DNA from: Bdellovibrionales bacterium
GTDB taxonomy: Bacteria > Bdellovibrionota > Bdellovibrionia > Bdellovibrionales > JAMPXM01
Direction of reading: 5' to 3'
Length of the DNA: 55,371 nt
Assembly (NCBI GenBank): GCA_005808505.1
Contig: SYLX01000104.1
Coordinates: 1-55,371, forward strand
In this document: one piece after another, positions 1 through 9,682 of the stretch
How positions within the stretch are numbered: position 1 is the stretch's first letter
How the letters are laid out: every line of letters starts with the position of its first letter
Position numbers and translations under genes: made by a program
The notes under the pieces: generated by a model
Told to the model about the DNA's origin: nothing
Seen by the model: only the letters and a program-made list of their open reading frames with translations
Databases searched by the model: none

Positions 1-90
1 AAACTAACAGCAAGCCGCAAAAACGACTTCATAAGACCTCCTTGTCATCATCTAAATCGATCATTGGCCATTCGAATCCAGTCAACCCGA

Positions 91-609
91 TCAATGAACT
101 CTCCCGCTCTCGGGAGTCACGGATCCAGTCCTCGACGCAGTTTCAGAGGAGTCTTCCTCCCCTAAAGCCCCTGCGCGCGAATCCTGATACCTTTCAACAA
201 CGCGAGCGAAATCCTCTTTAGCGCCGTGAATACATTCTTCAACGAAGGCATCGGGTGATTCTGAAGCTTCATCAAATTGCGAAAGCTGGTGCATCACGGT
301 TTCGAACTTATCGCGCATGGCGGAGAGTCGTTTGATCACCTCAGCTTCGGTTTTCTCATCTTGAATGGACTGTTCGATACGCTGAAGGTCCATCTCGATG
401 CGGCTGATTCGATCGCGGACCGATTGCCAGAGACGCCCTTGTTCGGAGGAGCCACGGGCGGAACCATCTTTTTTTTCTTTCATAGAGTACCCAGCCATCT
501 TCATCGAACGGTTTGCGGTGTCTTCGACTGCTTTCACTGCTCTTGTCCTCGATTGTCTATTTTCGCAGTTACAGCATTTTCCTACGCTGTTCGCCGCTTC
601 GACTCTCAC
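91..609 (-). CDS. hypothetical charged/coiled-coil protein; true start possibly the internal Met at about 504
   Basis: ORF with no recognisable motifs. The protein is helical and charged. A T8/A8 homopolymer sits inside the ORF at 469-476. Confidence 0.35.
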   Translation of the reverse strand: MRVEAANSVGKCCNCENRQSRTRAVKAVEDTANRSMKMAGYSMKEKKDGSARGSSEQGRLWQSVRDRISRIEMDLQRIEQSIQDEKTEAEVIKRLSAMRDKFETVMHQLSQFDEASESPDAFVEECIHGAKEDFARVVERYQDSRAGALGEEDSSETASRTGSVTPESGRVH

Positions 610-849
610 CGCATCCGTGCGCGTAGTACGGCTTCACCTTAAAAGTCGGTAGCCGCCTCGGCTCTGTCGCATCACCCACGGCATCACCCACGCCCATAGC
701 GCTTCCTTAAGGCGGCGCTAAGCTGACCTTCTTGTAAAGGAAAGAGTGAGACCCTCGCAACCTGCCGAGATGTTCTTGATGGAATCTCCACGGGTGCACG
801 AATTCGTGTGCTGATCTCTAGTGCGATCGACTACAGACAAAATAAGATT

Positions 850-1578
850 TCAAACGTGGTCTTCGCTCACACGTTCCTTAAGGAAGCGAAACTGAGCAAT
901 AACCGGAAGATGATCCGATGCCACGCGGGTAAGCGAAGTCCTCGGCACTTCGCAACTCAAATCGGCGACAGGTCCCGACAGATAAATTCGGTCGAGCGCA
1001 AAGCGCGGCCAATGCGCTGGGAACGTTGGGACTCGAGGTGATTTAAATTTGAAGGCTCGCTCTAAACGCAAAGCGTTTCCCGAAAAAGGAAACCATTCAT
1101 TGAAGTCACCGAGAAAGATCACCGGGTCGGCCAAATTTCCTTCGGGCCATACGAGTTGTGCAAGTAAGCGATCGATTTGGAACGACCTCTCCCAATACTT
1201 CAAACCGAGGTGTGTGTTGACGAGTCGAAACTCTCCCCAGGCCGCACGAAGTTGAATGGAGATAGCTCCACGAGGTTCAACGCGGCGGTAACTGAGATCA
1301 TGCTCATCGAACCGAGTGATTTCATATTTGGTCAGAACTGCATTTCCGTACGCGCCATAGTCGCGATCAAGCGTAGGTCCCATCACGGCATGCATGCCGA
1401 GATGCCGAGCTAAGTATATGAGCTGATTGGAACCATCCTCCGCTCGCAACGAAGAATCGATCTCTTGTAAGGCAATGACATCTGCATCGATTTCCTGCAG
1501 CACTTGAGCTACACGGGCGGGATCGTAGCGCCGATCGACGCCAAAGCAGCGATGAATATTCCAGGAAACGACTTTCAT
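850..1578 (-). CDS. endonuclease/exonuclease/phosphatase (EEP) family protein
   Basis: Motifs are MKVVSWNIH...DVIALQE...LVNTHL...GDFN...SDHLPV, typical of the EEP fold. An AGGAG sits 3 nt upstream of the ATG at 1578. Confidence 0.7.
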   Translation of the reverse strand: MKVVSWNIHRCFGVDRRYDPARVAQVLQEIDADVIALQEIDSSLRAEDGSNQLIYLARHLGMHAVMGPTLDRDYGAYGNAVLTKYEITRFDEHDLSYRRVEPRGAISIQLRAAWGEFRLVNTHLGLKYWERSFQIDRLLAQLVWPEGNLADPVIFLGDFNEWFPFSGNALRLERAFKFKSPRVPTFPAHWPRFALDRIYLSGPVADLSCEVPRTSLTRVASDHLPVIAQFRFLKERVSEDHV

Positions 1579-1767
1579 GAACTCCTGCGCGAATGGGGAA
1601 ATCAGAGGAAGCACGCTTTATTAGAGTGTTCCAAGCCGATCTTACCAGCCCCATCAACGAGACTTATTTAAAATCCTTGAAACTTTCATCACACCTCAGT
1701 GAGGCATCACGACGTACCCTAATGATAGCTCTTGCTGCGCGAGAGAACCCCCTGCTGGAGGCCCTGA

Positions 1768-2202
1768 GTGTCGGATTTGGTTAAAGAGGAAATCTTAGGA
1801 GAACAAACGATGGCGGAAAGCCTGAACGGCGCGAATAGCCGTGAGGATGAAGCTATCAGTTCGTCTCTTCAGAGCCTTGAGAACGTTGAAGAGCAACTAA
1901 ATCTTTTGCTCCAGGACCTTCAATCACTAAGACTTCCGCAGAACGCGATTGCGGATGAGACGATTTCCGATGAGCGATGGGAAAACGCGCTTGAAGGTTT
2001 CCGCGTGAAAGCGACGACGATTCGACGGATCCTTGATCGCTTTCATCAATCGGATCTCTCCACTCGACGTTATCTTCGATTCCATTTGGACGAAGAGTTC
2101 GCGCAGCTAAAGAGAGCCTACGATACTTTGCGCGAACAATTTACGGAGAAGAACCCGGATACAAATTCGAGAGATCAAGGAGGACGTCCATGGAATGGAT
2201 AG
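1768..2202 (+). CDS. hypothetical protein (possible start at 1810, MAESL)
   Basis: ORF only; acidic N-terminus. It overlaps the next gene by 13 nt. Confidence 0.35.
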   Translation: MSDLVKEEILGEQTMAESLNGANSREDEAISSSLQSLENVEEQLNLLLQDLQSLRLPQNAIADETISDERWENALEGFRVKATTIRRILDRFHQSDLSTRRYLRFHLDEEFAQLKRAYDTLREQFTEKNPDTNSRDQGGRPWNG

Positions 2203-2453
2203 CAGTCGCCATTATCGGCGGGATCATCGGTACTCTTGTTAGCTTCATCGGCCAAAGCGTGCGCATGCACCAAGCCGTCTCTATCTTGCTCGGTGTAATC
2301 GGCGGACTCGCCGGAGGAACACTGGCACGCATCACGGGCTTTTACTCATTCGGCGCGTGGACGTTTTATGCAGCCGGCGCGCTTGTAGCAATTGGATTCC
2401 TGGCGGGCGGGCTTCTCGCGCAGACGCTGACAAACAGCGAACGTCGAGTTTAA
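2190..2453 (+). CDS. GlsB/YeaQ/YmgE-family transglycosylase-associated stress membrane protein
   Basis: About 87 aa with three hydrophobic helices carrying GxxxG-type motifs (IIGGIIGTLVSFIG...LLGVIGGLAGG...GALVAIGFLAGGLLA), which is the characteristic family signature. Confidence 0.7.
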   Translation: MEWIAVAIIGGIIGTLVSFIGQSVRMHQAVSILLGVIGGLAGGTLARITGFYSFGAWTFYAAGALVAIGFLAGGLLAQTLTNSERRV

Positions 2454-2454
2454 G

Positions 2455-2676
2455 ATGGCAGACGTCGATCAAAGAAGTAACGATCCTTCCGGAAATGAAA
2501 ACCCAATGCCGAAAGGTGAGACTTCGGATTCAGGTACGGACCCGAAAAACTGGGAGGCTAACTCGCCTCAGTCTCCGGCTCATGACTCGAGTGAACCAAA
2601 GGCAACACAGAAAACGGAAGTTGAGCGCTCGCAGATTGAGACGACTCCGGGAGTCGATTCGATCATAAAAAGATAA
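2455..2676 (+). CDS. small acidic hypothetical protein
   Basis: ORF immediately after the GlsB-like gene, followed by a strong terminator. Confidence 0.3.
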   Translation: MADVDQRSNDPSGNENPMPKGETSDSGTDPKNWEANSPQSPAHDSSEPKATQKTEVERSQIETTPGVDSIIKR

Positions 2677-2706
2677 AGGTTCTGGGAATTCGAACTTTCA
2701 CAGGCC

Positions 2707-2740
2707 AAAAAAAAGCCCCGCTTCCGCGGGGCTTTTTGTT
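2707..2740. terminator. bidirectional rho-independent terminator
   Basis: A8 tract, a perfect 7-bp GC stem GCCCCGC/GCGGGGC (2715-2721 / 2726-2732) with a 4-nt loop, then T5. It lies between convergent genes ending at 2676 (+) and 2751 (-). Confidence 0.85.
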
Positions 2741-2750
2741 TCTCAATCTT

Positions 2751-3314
2751 TCACAATGCTGGCGAAGGAACCGTGCCGGTTCCAATATCCCCGACCGGTG
2801 TATGGCGATCCATACGGTCGCGATCAGATTGCGTATCGCGCGAAGGCATCACCGGAGTCGTCGGATCGTAGACACCGCTGTCTCTTGAGACAGGTTTATG
2901 ACCTTTTACAACTTCCATCGGATTCGGGGGCAAGACACCCGGCCAAGGTGCGAGAACCGCGTCCATCAATTCGTAAGACTTCGACATCTCGAGCCAACGC
3001 TTCTGATTGAAGGCAATGATGAGGCCGATACCCGAAACGAGCGCGAGGACGAGACCGATCACTAACAGGGTGATCGCCATACTAGTTGCTTCAATTGGAA
3101 GCAGCCCTACGATTCCGATGATTACGAGTAATAAGCCAGTAACAAGGATCGCGGAGACAGCGCCGATCCCGAACAAACCCATCAGCGCATAGCGGGCAAC
3201 ATTTACGCCTTGGATGTAGCCTTTCACGGCCTGGATCGAACCGCGACGGATTCGCTCTTTCACCATCTGACCAATCAACGCGCCGAAAGCCGTGTTCATG
3301 AATCGTTCAAGCAT
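2751..3314 (-). CDS. DUF1469 / phage-holin-like (YqjE-like) inner-membrane protein
   Basis: The N-terminal amphipathic segment and two long hydrophobic helices resemble E. coli YqjE (Holin-X/DUF1469). It sits 43 nt downstream of a YqjD-like gene, the same order as E. coli yqjD-yqjE. Confidence 0.5.
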   Translation of the reverse strand: MLERFMNTAFGALIGQMVKERIRRGSIQAVKGYIQGVNVARYALMGLFGIGAVSAILVTGLLLVIIGIVGLLPIEATSMAITLLVIGLVLALVSGIGLIIAFNQKRWLEMSKSYELMDAVLAPWPGVLPPNPMEVVKGHKPVSRDSGVYDPTTPVMPSRDTQSDRDRMDRHTPVGDIGTGTVPSPAL

Positions 3315-3357
3315 AAATCAACCTCTCCTGTTTATGTCCTACCGATCCGCGCTCGAA

Positions 3358-3810
3358 TTAGCGCTGGATCTCGCTGTTGCCGCCGCGACCGAGCAAAAAG
3401 CCCAGCGCGAACGTGCCCACGGCGATGCCGCCGATGACGGGCCACGGGTTGCTGCGAACGCGAGTGTCTACTTCTGAATACACCTCACGGCCGCGTGCGA
3501 GCGCTTCGTTGATCGTCTCTTGGTTCATGAGATTGGAAGACATTCCAGAGAACTGTCCCGAAATCTGGCTGATTGCTTGAGAACTGAAGTCTTTCAAGCG
3601 ATCCGAAACACCCGCCATGCCGCTAGCACCAGCGAGAGTGCTACGAGATGACATATTGCCGATTGCGGATTGGATGTTGCGGTAATCTTCAGTCACGAAT
3701 TCCTTTAAGTTCTCGGTTTGCCCTTGGAGAGCGTCATCGAGCGCGCGGAGCGCGTCCTTGATGGAATTTGGGTGATTCTTCCCGTTGGAATTCGAAGCGT
3801 CTTGAGCCAT
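3358..3810 (-). CDS. DUF883 (ElaB/YqjD/YgaM-like) membrane-anchored stress protein
   Basis: Hydrophilic helical body with a C-terminal NPWPVIGGIAVGTFALGFLLGR transmembrane anchor, the hallmark C-terminus of the DUF883 family. Confidence 0.7.
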   Translation of the reverse strand: MAQDASNSNGKNHPNSIKDALRALDDALQGQTENLKEFVTEDYRNIQSAIGNMSSRSTLAGASGMAGVSDRLKDFSSQAISQISGQFSGMSSNLMNQETINEALARGREVYSEVDTRVRSNPWPVIGGIAVGTFALGFLLGRGGNSEIQR

Positions 3811-4278
3811 GACTTTCCTCCTTAAATCGAGTGCGGAAAATTTCAGACCCGCCCGCCCCTTTATTCGTTCCTCCGGGAACTGATCCTTCCGGATCGTCCC
3901 AGACTCACTTTGCAGCGGGCGTCGGTTTTTGAAATGACGACGTCACCAAGTTAGATAAGCCCTTAGTGAGGCTTCAACGGTAAACTAGAGTTGTTGCCAT
4001 ATCTAGATAGGCGCTGCACAACTCACTTGGGTCGAATCATCCCGAAAGCGGACCATTTGAGAGACGTGAAGTCGCTCTCTGTAGCGGTTGTGGAGTGGAT
4101 TTGAAAGATTCGAAACGCTTCGACGGTTTGTTGAGATGGTTTTCTCACTGCGATTTTTTTGGCGTGCCTCTCCCTTCCCCATGAGTTCTCCTCGAAGGCG
4201 ATCTAGCGGCTCAAGGTTGACGCAAGCCAATTGTGTTCGGCCCCTGAACCGACGAGGTCATCCACAGGAGGGGTTGTT

Positions 4279-4461
4279 ATGCTTTACTGGGCGTTGGTTT
4301 TCTTTATCGTTTCGCTCGTGGCAGGAGTTTTCGGATTCGGCGAAATTGCTTCGGCAACTGCCGGCATCGCGCAGATCCTTTTCTACGTCTTCCTAGTCTT
4401 CTTCGTTGTGACATTGATCGCGGGTCTCGCAGGTGGCGGCACACGCCGGCGCCTCCCTTAA
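4279..4461 (+). CDS. DUF1328 (YtjA-like) small membrane protein
   Basis: [44 protein letters not shown] matches the DUF1328 consensus. AGGAGG lies 7 nt upstream of the ATG at 4279. Confidence 0.7.
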   Translation: MLYWALVFFIVSLVAGVFGFGEIASATAGIAQILFYVFLVFFVVTLIAGLAGGGTRRRLP

Positions 4462-4480
4462 CCGCATCAACAGATAAGTT

Positions 4481-5437
4481 ATGTGGGGAGAAAAGGATTT
4501 TCTAAGCTCACTTCGGCGCCAAGCTGAACGCCTGGCGTATTTAACGACCGCAAGTTTGGAAGTTCGTCCGAACTTAGCTTGTGGCTTCGCAGTCCTTATA
4601 TTTAGTTTGACGTCAATCCAGTCTTCTCACGCCGATGCGCCTTTCGTTCTCTATGGCAACGATGATCGACGTGAAGTGTTCGAAGAAAAATCATCAATCA
4701 AACGCACGCTCGCGCGATCAGTTGCCGCCGTCTTCGCGCCGGGCGTTCTTAAGAAGAATCGCGACGGAAGCTACTCAGCCGATGCCGTGAGCTATCGATC
4801 TGAATACAATCTCTGTGAGACGGAGAGGTTTGCAGAACAATCGATCGCGTCTGATTGCAGCGCTTTCCTCATCGCGCCCGATGTTGTTGCGACGGCCTCC
4901 CATTGCATCATCGATGAGTGGAACTGCTCTCGGCTTCGTTTCGCTTTCGACTACGGCTACATGAAATTAGGTCAGGATCCCAACCTTCTTCCCGCCGAAA
5001 ATGTTTACCGCTGCGATCGAATCTTATCGATGAGTGATGCCGACAATTCCAAGCGCGATTTCGCAATCGTGAAACTCGATCGTGAAGTCACCTCACGAGA
5101 GCCGCTCAAGCTGAGAACTCAAGGGATGGTCAATGCCGGTGAGGAACTCTTCGTGATCGGACATCCTTCAGGACTCCCGATGAAGATCGCAAGCCGCGCT
5201 CGTGTCAGAGAAGTCCTAGCCGATAAGATCTTGGCCAACCTCGATACCTACGCTGGAAACTCGGGTTCGCCCATTTTCAATGCGAAAACATACGAAGTCG
5301 AAGGGCTGCTCGTCTCGGGTGAGCAAGACTTCGTCAAAGTCGGAAGCTGCAACATCAGCCGTAGATGTGACGATCATGCTTGTCGCGGTGAGGAAGTCAT
5401 GCCGATTGGAAAACTTCTTCCACTTTTACCGAATTAA
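4481..5437 (+). CDS. secreted trypsin-like (S1) serine peptidase
   Basis: Catalytic triad contexts TASHCI (His), DFAIVKLD (Asp) and GNSGSPIF (Ser). A hydrophobic signal-like segment precedes them. The exact start is uncertain. Confidence 0.7.
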   Translation: MWGEKDFLSSLRRQAERLAYLTTASLEVRPNLACGFAVLIFSLTSIQSSHADAPFVLYGNDDRREVFEEKSSIKRTLARSVAAVFAPGVLKKNRDGSYSADAVSYRSEYNLCETERFAEQSIASDCSAFLIAPDVVATASHCIIDEWNCSRLRFAFDYGYMKLGQDPNLLPAENVYRCDRILSMSDADNSKRDFAIVKLDREVTSREPLKLRTQGMVNAGEELFVIGHPSGLPMKIASRARVREVLADKILANLDTYAGNSGSPIFNAKTYEVEGLLVSGEQDFVKVGSCNISRRCDDHACRGEEVMPIGKLLPLLPN

Positions 5438-5605
5438 ATCGTTGCACCACAATGTCAAATTTTGTTTAGTCCGCCTTCGCCGCATGTCCGGGCGATCAAA
5501 GTAATTAATGCGAGCTTCGGCTATGTAGCTCGCTTCACTTGTGTCTTGCGCATTCCACATTTTTTATAACCGGCAGAAAAGAACTTCACCGAGCTCGCGC
5601 GTACG

Positions 5606-6259
5606 GTGACCCTCGAACGCGATCGCACCGAACTTATTTTGGAGGAGGCTTCATTCATGGAGATCATCAACAAGCACGGCAAAGTTCTCTTCGAGGATAA
5701 GAACGCGACGAGCGTCCGCGAAGTCCTTGAAGACGCCGTGGAAAAAGGAATCGATCTCTCCGACGCTGACTTGAGCCACCAAGATCTTTCGAACGCTAAT
5801 CTTGAAAGTGCGAATCTTGTTGGAGCTTGCTTCACGCAAGCGAATCTACAGAGCGCCATTCTCAGCCACGCGAAATTAAATGGTGCGGTTTTTACGAAAG
5901 CCGTGCTCAAGGAGGCCCAGCTAAGCGAGGCCACTTTAATTTGGTGCGACTTCGCTGAAGCTGATCTCAACAAAGCGGACCTTTCGGGCTCTCTCCTCCA
6001 GGGCGCCAATCTTAAAGGCGCTTCTCTGCAAAAGGCAGATCTCTCCCGAGCGAACCTCTACGGAGCTCATTTGAATGGCTCCAACTTGATGTGGGCGAAT
6101 CTCTGTGGTGTGGATCTTTCGGGAGCAGATCTCTCGGCTTGTGATCTTTATGGTGCTTTCATGGATATGCAGGCCGTTTTACGCACGAACTTCCGTTCGG
6201 TGAACCTGCAAAACACCCTTCTCACAAACACCTTGTTACAGCTCTCCCTACCGGTTTGA
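5606..6259 (+). CDS. pentapeptide-repeat protein
   Basis: More than 25 tandem A(D/N)LxxA(N/D)L pentapeptides. The alternative start MEIINK is at 5657. Confidence 0.75.
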   Translation: MTLERDRTELILEEASFMEIINKHGKVLFEDKNATSVREVLEDAVEKGIDLSDADLSHQDLSNANLESANLVGACFTQANLQSAILSHAKLNGAVFTKAVLKEAQLSEATLIWCDFAEADLNKADLSGSLLQGANLKGASLQKADLSRANLYGAHLNGSNLMWANLCGVDLSGADLSACDLYGAFMDMQAVLRTNFRSVNLQNTLLTNTLLQLSLPV

Positions 6260-6389
6260 GGGACTACCGACAAGATTGAATTTGGCACACGCATCAGGTG
6301 GAGCGGCATGATTTTCATTGGCCAGTTTACTCGCGCACGTTAGAGTGCGCGAAAACGCCATGAACTGTCCTTGACCGAGGAGCCGAGCC

Positions 6390-7790
6390 TTGAAGCCCGC
6401 CGCGAATTTTTCTGACTTTCAGCTGTCTCCGCCGCTCTCTGATGTCTTGAAGAAGATCGGATACAAGACGCCTACTCCTGTGCAAGCTCAGGCTATTCCC
6501 TTGATCCTCGAAGGCAAAGATGTTTTGGCAACGGCCCAAACCGGTACCGGCAAAACGGCCGCCTTTGTTCTTCCTCTTCTGTCAAAAATCCTCGCTGGCG
6601 AAAACAAACGCATCTTGATCGTAGCGCCGACTCGTGAACTTGCCGAGCAAATTGGTCGCGTGCTCGAAGAACTCACCTCTCTAACTCCCAGCGTGAAGGC
6701 TTGCGTGATCATTGGCGGTTTAGCTTACCAGAACCAAATCCGCGCTCTCCGTGAAAATCCCGCTTTTGTCATCGGTACTCCGGGCCGCTTGCTCGATCAG
6801 ATCGAGATGGGACATCTTAAGCTCCAGGAGTTTACGACTCTCGTTATGGACGAAGCTGATCGAATGCTCGACATGGGCTTTGAACCGCAGATGAAAGCCA
6901 TCGTCGCGCACCTACCGAGTGGGCGGCAGAGCCTTTTGTTTTCGGCGACCTTTCCGAGCGCGATTCAACGTCTGGCGCATTCCTTTTTATCTCAACCCGT
7001 GAGAGTTGAGATCGGCGCGACCACCAAACCGGTTGAGGCCATTGTTCAAGACGTCATCTACACGACGGGACCGGAAAAAGACAAAACGTTGATCAAACAG
7101 ATCGACCGGCTGGCGGGCTCGATCATCGTTTTCACAAGGACGAAGTTTCGGACGGAACACGTCGCGAAACTTTTGAGCGAAGCTGGTCATGAAGTTGTGC
7201 GCCTACACGGCGATCGGACTCAAAACCAACGAAGCAAAGCGATTGCGGCATTGAGAGATGAGTCAGCTCGAATCCTTGTCGCGACTGATATTGCGGCTAG
7301 AGGCATCGACATCCCGCATATCCAACACGTGATCAACTACGATCTTCCGATCGAAGAAGAAGATTACATTCACCGCATCGGTCGCACGGCTCGCGCGGGC
7401 GGCAAAGGCCATTCCCTTTCGCTAGTGATTCCCGAAGAAGTGAAACACTGGGCACGCATCTACAAAATGATTCACGGGCATTACCCCGAAGAAGTTTTAA
7501 AGATGCAGAAAGCAAAAAACTCACCTACGCGAACGGGTCAAAGCCAGAAGGAAAAGCCCTCAGCAAAAGGCGCCAAACGCGAGCACGGAAAAAAAGGAAA
7601 ACACGCAAAAGGACCGGCGACCCAAAAGTGGCTCAAGACCGATAGTTCAAATGCGAAGTCTGCGCGTAAAAACAAAGGCGGCTCGGCGGGCAACGCGAAC
7701 GAGGAGCGGCCTCTGGATAAGCCCCAAAATCGGGCCGAGCGTAGAAAGAGTCAGTTCAAGAAGAACTCGGCTCCCCGCCGAGGTCGATAG
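6390..7790 (+). CDS. rhlE: DEAD-box ATP-dependent RNA helicase with basic C-terminal tail (RhlE-like)
   Basis: Q-motif TPTPVQ, AQTGTGKT (motif I), DEAD, SAT and HRIGRTARAG (motif VI), plus a Lys/Arg-rich C-terminal extension typical of RhlE. Confidence 0.85.
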   Translation: MKPAANFSDFQLSPPLSDVLKKIGYKTPTPVQAQAIPLILEGKDVLATAQTGTGKTAAFVLPLLSKILAGENKRILIVAPTRELAEQIGRVLEELTSLTPSVKACVIIGGLAYQNQIRALRENPAFVIGTPGRLLDQIEMGHLKLQEFTTLVMDEADRMLDMGFEPQMKAIVAHLPSGRQSLLFSATFPSAIQRLAHSFLSQPVRVEIGATTKPVEAIVQDVIYTTGPEKDKTLIKQIDRLAGSIIVFTRTKFRTEHVAKLLSEAGHEVVRLHGDRTQNQRSKAIAALRDESARILVATDIAARGIDIPHIQHVINYDLPIEEEDYIHRIGRTARAGGKGHSLSLVIPEEVKHWARIYKMIHGHYPEEVLKMQKAKNSPTRTGQSQKEKPSAKGAKREHGKKGKHAKGPATQKWLKTDSSNAKSARKNKGGSAGNANEERPLDKPQNRAERRKSQFKKNSAPRRGR

Positions 7791-7793
7791 GAA

Positions 7794-8978
7794 TTACCGC
7801 GACGGAACGGGCGTATGGGGGAGATAAACCTCAAAGCATGCGCCTTTACCGAGCTCACTGTGAACACAGATCCGTCCCTGATGAAGAGCCGCGATTTGAT
7901 TCGAAATATACAGTCCGAGCCCTAGTCCGCCGTAGTGCCTCGCGGAAACGGCCCTTTCAAATCGATCAAAGATTCTCTTTTGGTCCATCTGAGAAATTCC
8001 GATGCCCTCATCGCGAACACGCAGGACAACCTCTTTCTCTAGCGCTTCGGTTTCAACCGTGATCGGTTTTCCCGCGCCGTACTTGATTGCATTGGTGAGC
8101 AGATTGATCACGACTTGCTCTAATCGCGACCCATCCCAGTAACCCCGCAATGACTTGTGCAATTTCGTTTGGATCTCGCAGCCCGCTTTTTTCAGCGAAG
8201 GTGCGTATCCCGTGATTACGGTTTCTACGAGCTCGGAGAGATCGATTTCTCCTCGCTGTAGAAGCAAGGCGCCGCTGGAGATGCGAGAGATATCCAAGAG
8301 ATCATCGATGATGCGGGCTAGACGGAGAACCTGCGCGTTCGAGGTTGAAAGCATCCGCTTCAAGCGTTCCGGATCCGCTTGAAAGAAAGTGCCCTCGTCC
8401 ATCATTTGAAGAAACGATTGCAACTGAAGAGTGAGCGGCGTGATGGGGGTTTTCAATTCATGCGCCGCAATCGAGATGAATTCGTCGCGAAGTTCGAGAG
8501 CTTTTTTCAACCAGTCGTTTTCACGCTCACGCATCTCTTTATCTTTGAGAAGCACGGCTTGGCGCTGAATCTCGAGGTTCTTTTCGTAGAGCTCAACGAA
8601 GATCGAAACTTTGGCTTGAAGAATTTCGGTATCGATCGGCTTGAAGATGTAATCAACCGCGCCGGCGCCGTAACCTCGATGCTCTTGCTCACGCGTCCGG
8701 TTGATCGCGGTGACGAAGATGATCGGTGTCGCGGTTGAGCGGGGCTCACGACGAATGCGTTCGGCCGTTTCGTATCCGTCCATTCCCGGCATCTGCACGT
8801 CGAGCAGGATCACCGCGAAGTCGTGCTCTTTCACTTTTCGGAGTGCTTCGGGTCCAGATAAAGCGCTGATCAGCTCGTAGCCCTGGTAACCAAGAGCCGC
8901 TTCGAGCGCGATGAGATTTTCTTCACGATCATCGACCATGAGAACTTTAATTGAACGTGTTGGAACTGTTGAAGCCAT
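7794..8978 (-). CDS. hybrid response-regulator receiver / histidine kinase (REC-HisKA-HATPase)
   Basis: N-terminal REC (VLMVDD...LLDVQMPGMDG), H-box IAAHELKTPITPL and G-boxes (GLGLGLYIS). ATG at 8978; the ORF-track start at 9053 is a TTG. Confidence 0.8.
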   Translation of the reverse strand: MASTVPTRSIKVLMVDDREENLIALEAALGYQGYELISALSGPEALRKVKEHDFAVILLDVQMPGMDGYETAERIRREPRSTATPIIFVTAINRTREQEHRGYGAGAVDYIFKPIDTEILQAKVSIFVELYEKNLEIQRQAVLLKDKEMRERENDWLKKALELRDEFISIAAHELKTPITPLTLQLQSFLQMMDEGTFFQADPERLKRMLSTSNAQVLRLARIIDDLLDISRISSGALLLQRGEIDLSELVETVITGYAPSLKKAGCEIQTKLHKSLRGYWDGSRLEQVVINLLTNAIKYGAGKPITVETEALEKEVVLRVRDEGIGISQMDQKRIFDRFERAVSARHYGGLGLGLYISNQIAALHQGRICVHSELGKGACFEVYLPHTPVPSR

Positions 8979-8994
8979 GACTTCGAATGGCGCC

Positions 8995-9372
8995 TTAAGC
9001 ACAGAATGCTTTAACGGCTTCGAGGAGCTTGTTGAGCTGAATGGGCTTTTCAATAACGGCCGCTGGTTTTACAGCTTTGGCACTTTCGCGATAAGCCGAG
9101 CAAATAATCACCGGGACTTGAGATAGATCTGGATGGCTTCGTTGGTAATCCAAGAACTGCCAGCCGTTTACTCCAGGCATCATCATATCGAGGAGAATGA
9201 CGCTCGGCCGAGGTTGCGTATCGCAGAGGAGGTTGAAGCCTTCTTTGCCGTCCCCAGCCGTAAGAATGCGGTACCCTTGAAGTTCAAGGACGTCCTGCAT
9301 GACTTCGCGGATGGCCGCGTCGTCATCGATAATCAAGACTGTTTTTGGGGTTTTTCCGCTCTCTACCTGCAT
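8995..9372 (-). CDS. single-domain response regulator (CheY-like receiver)
   Basis: VLIIDDD...ILLDMMMPGVNG... receiver motifs with no output domain. Confidence 0.8.
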   Translation of the reverse strand: MQVESGKTPKTVLIIDDDAAIREVMQDVLELQGYRILTAGDGKEGFNLLCDTQPRPSVILLDMMMPGVNGWQFLDYQRSHPDLSQVPVIICSAYRESAKAVKPAAVIEKPIQLNKLLEAVKAFCA

Positions 9373-9682
9373 CCGTCGAGAAAATTAGAGTCAATCAGTC
9401 GACATGTCAAATTGGCTCCTGGACCTCATAGGTTTTTCAATCGGAATTTTACAGGTAATAAACACTTCCGCGCCGATTGTTTAAAATCCTAAACATATAG
9501 GGGGCTTTCCTCGTGGCCGCGTGGAGGAGCCCACTCGGCACTGCAAAGACCTTCGGCGGGGAGACGACGGAACTACGCTGCTCGTACCACGCGTGAGTCA
9601 GACGAATCGCAACGTCCAGGTCGGAAGAACCGGTCCCCGCCCGCCTTGGCGCGGAGTTCATCGATACGCTAACCTAAAGACG

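Noticed and set aside
5521-6009. 162-aa minus-strand ORF
   Set aside because: Antisense to the pentapeptide-repeat gene; its repetitive composition simply mirrors the repeats.
7788-7796. Possible missing terminator or gene overlap between convergent helicase and histidine-kinase genes
   Set aside because: Stops are separated by only 3 nt with no hairpin. This is unusual but not an error; convergent genes without an intrinsic terminator are common.
9521-9682. N-terminal 54-codon extension of the cNMP-binding ORF
   Set aside because: Arg/Gly-rich, non-protein-like. An ATG at 9683 gives a canonical cNMP-binding N-terminus, so the upstream part is treated as leader.
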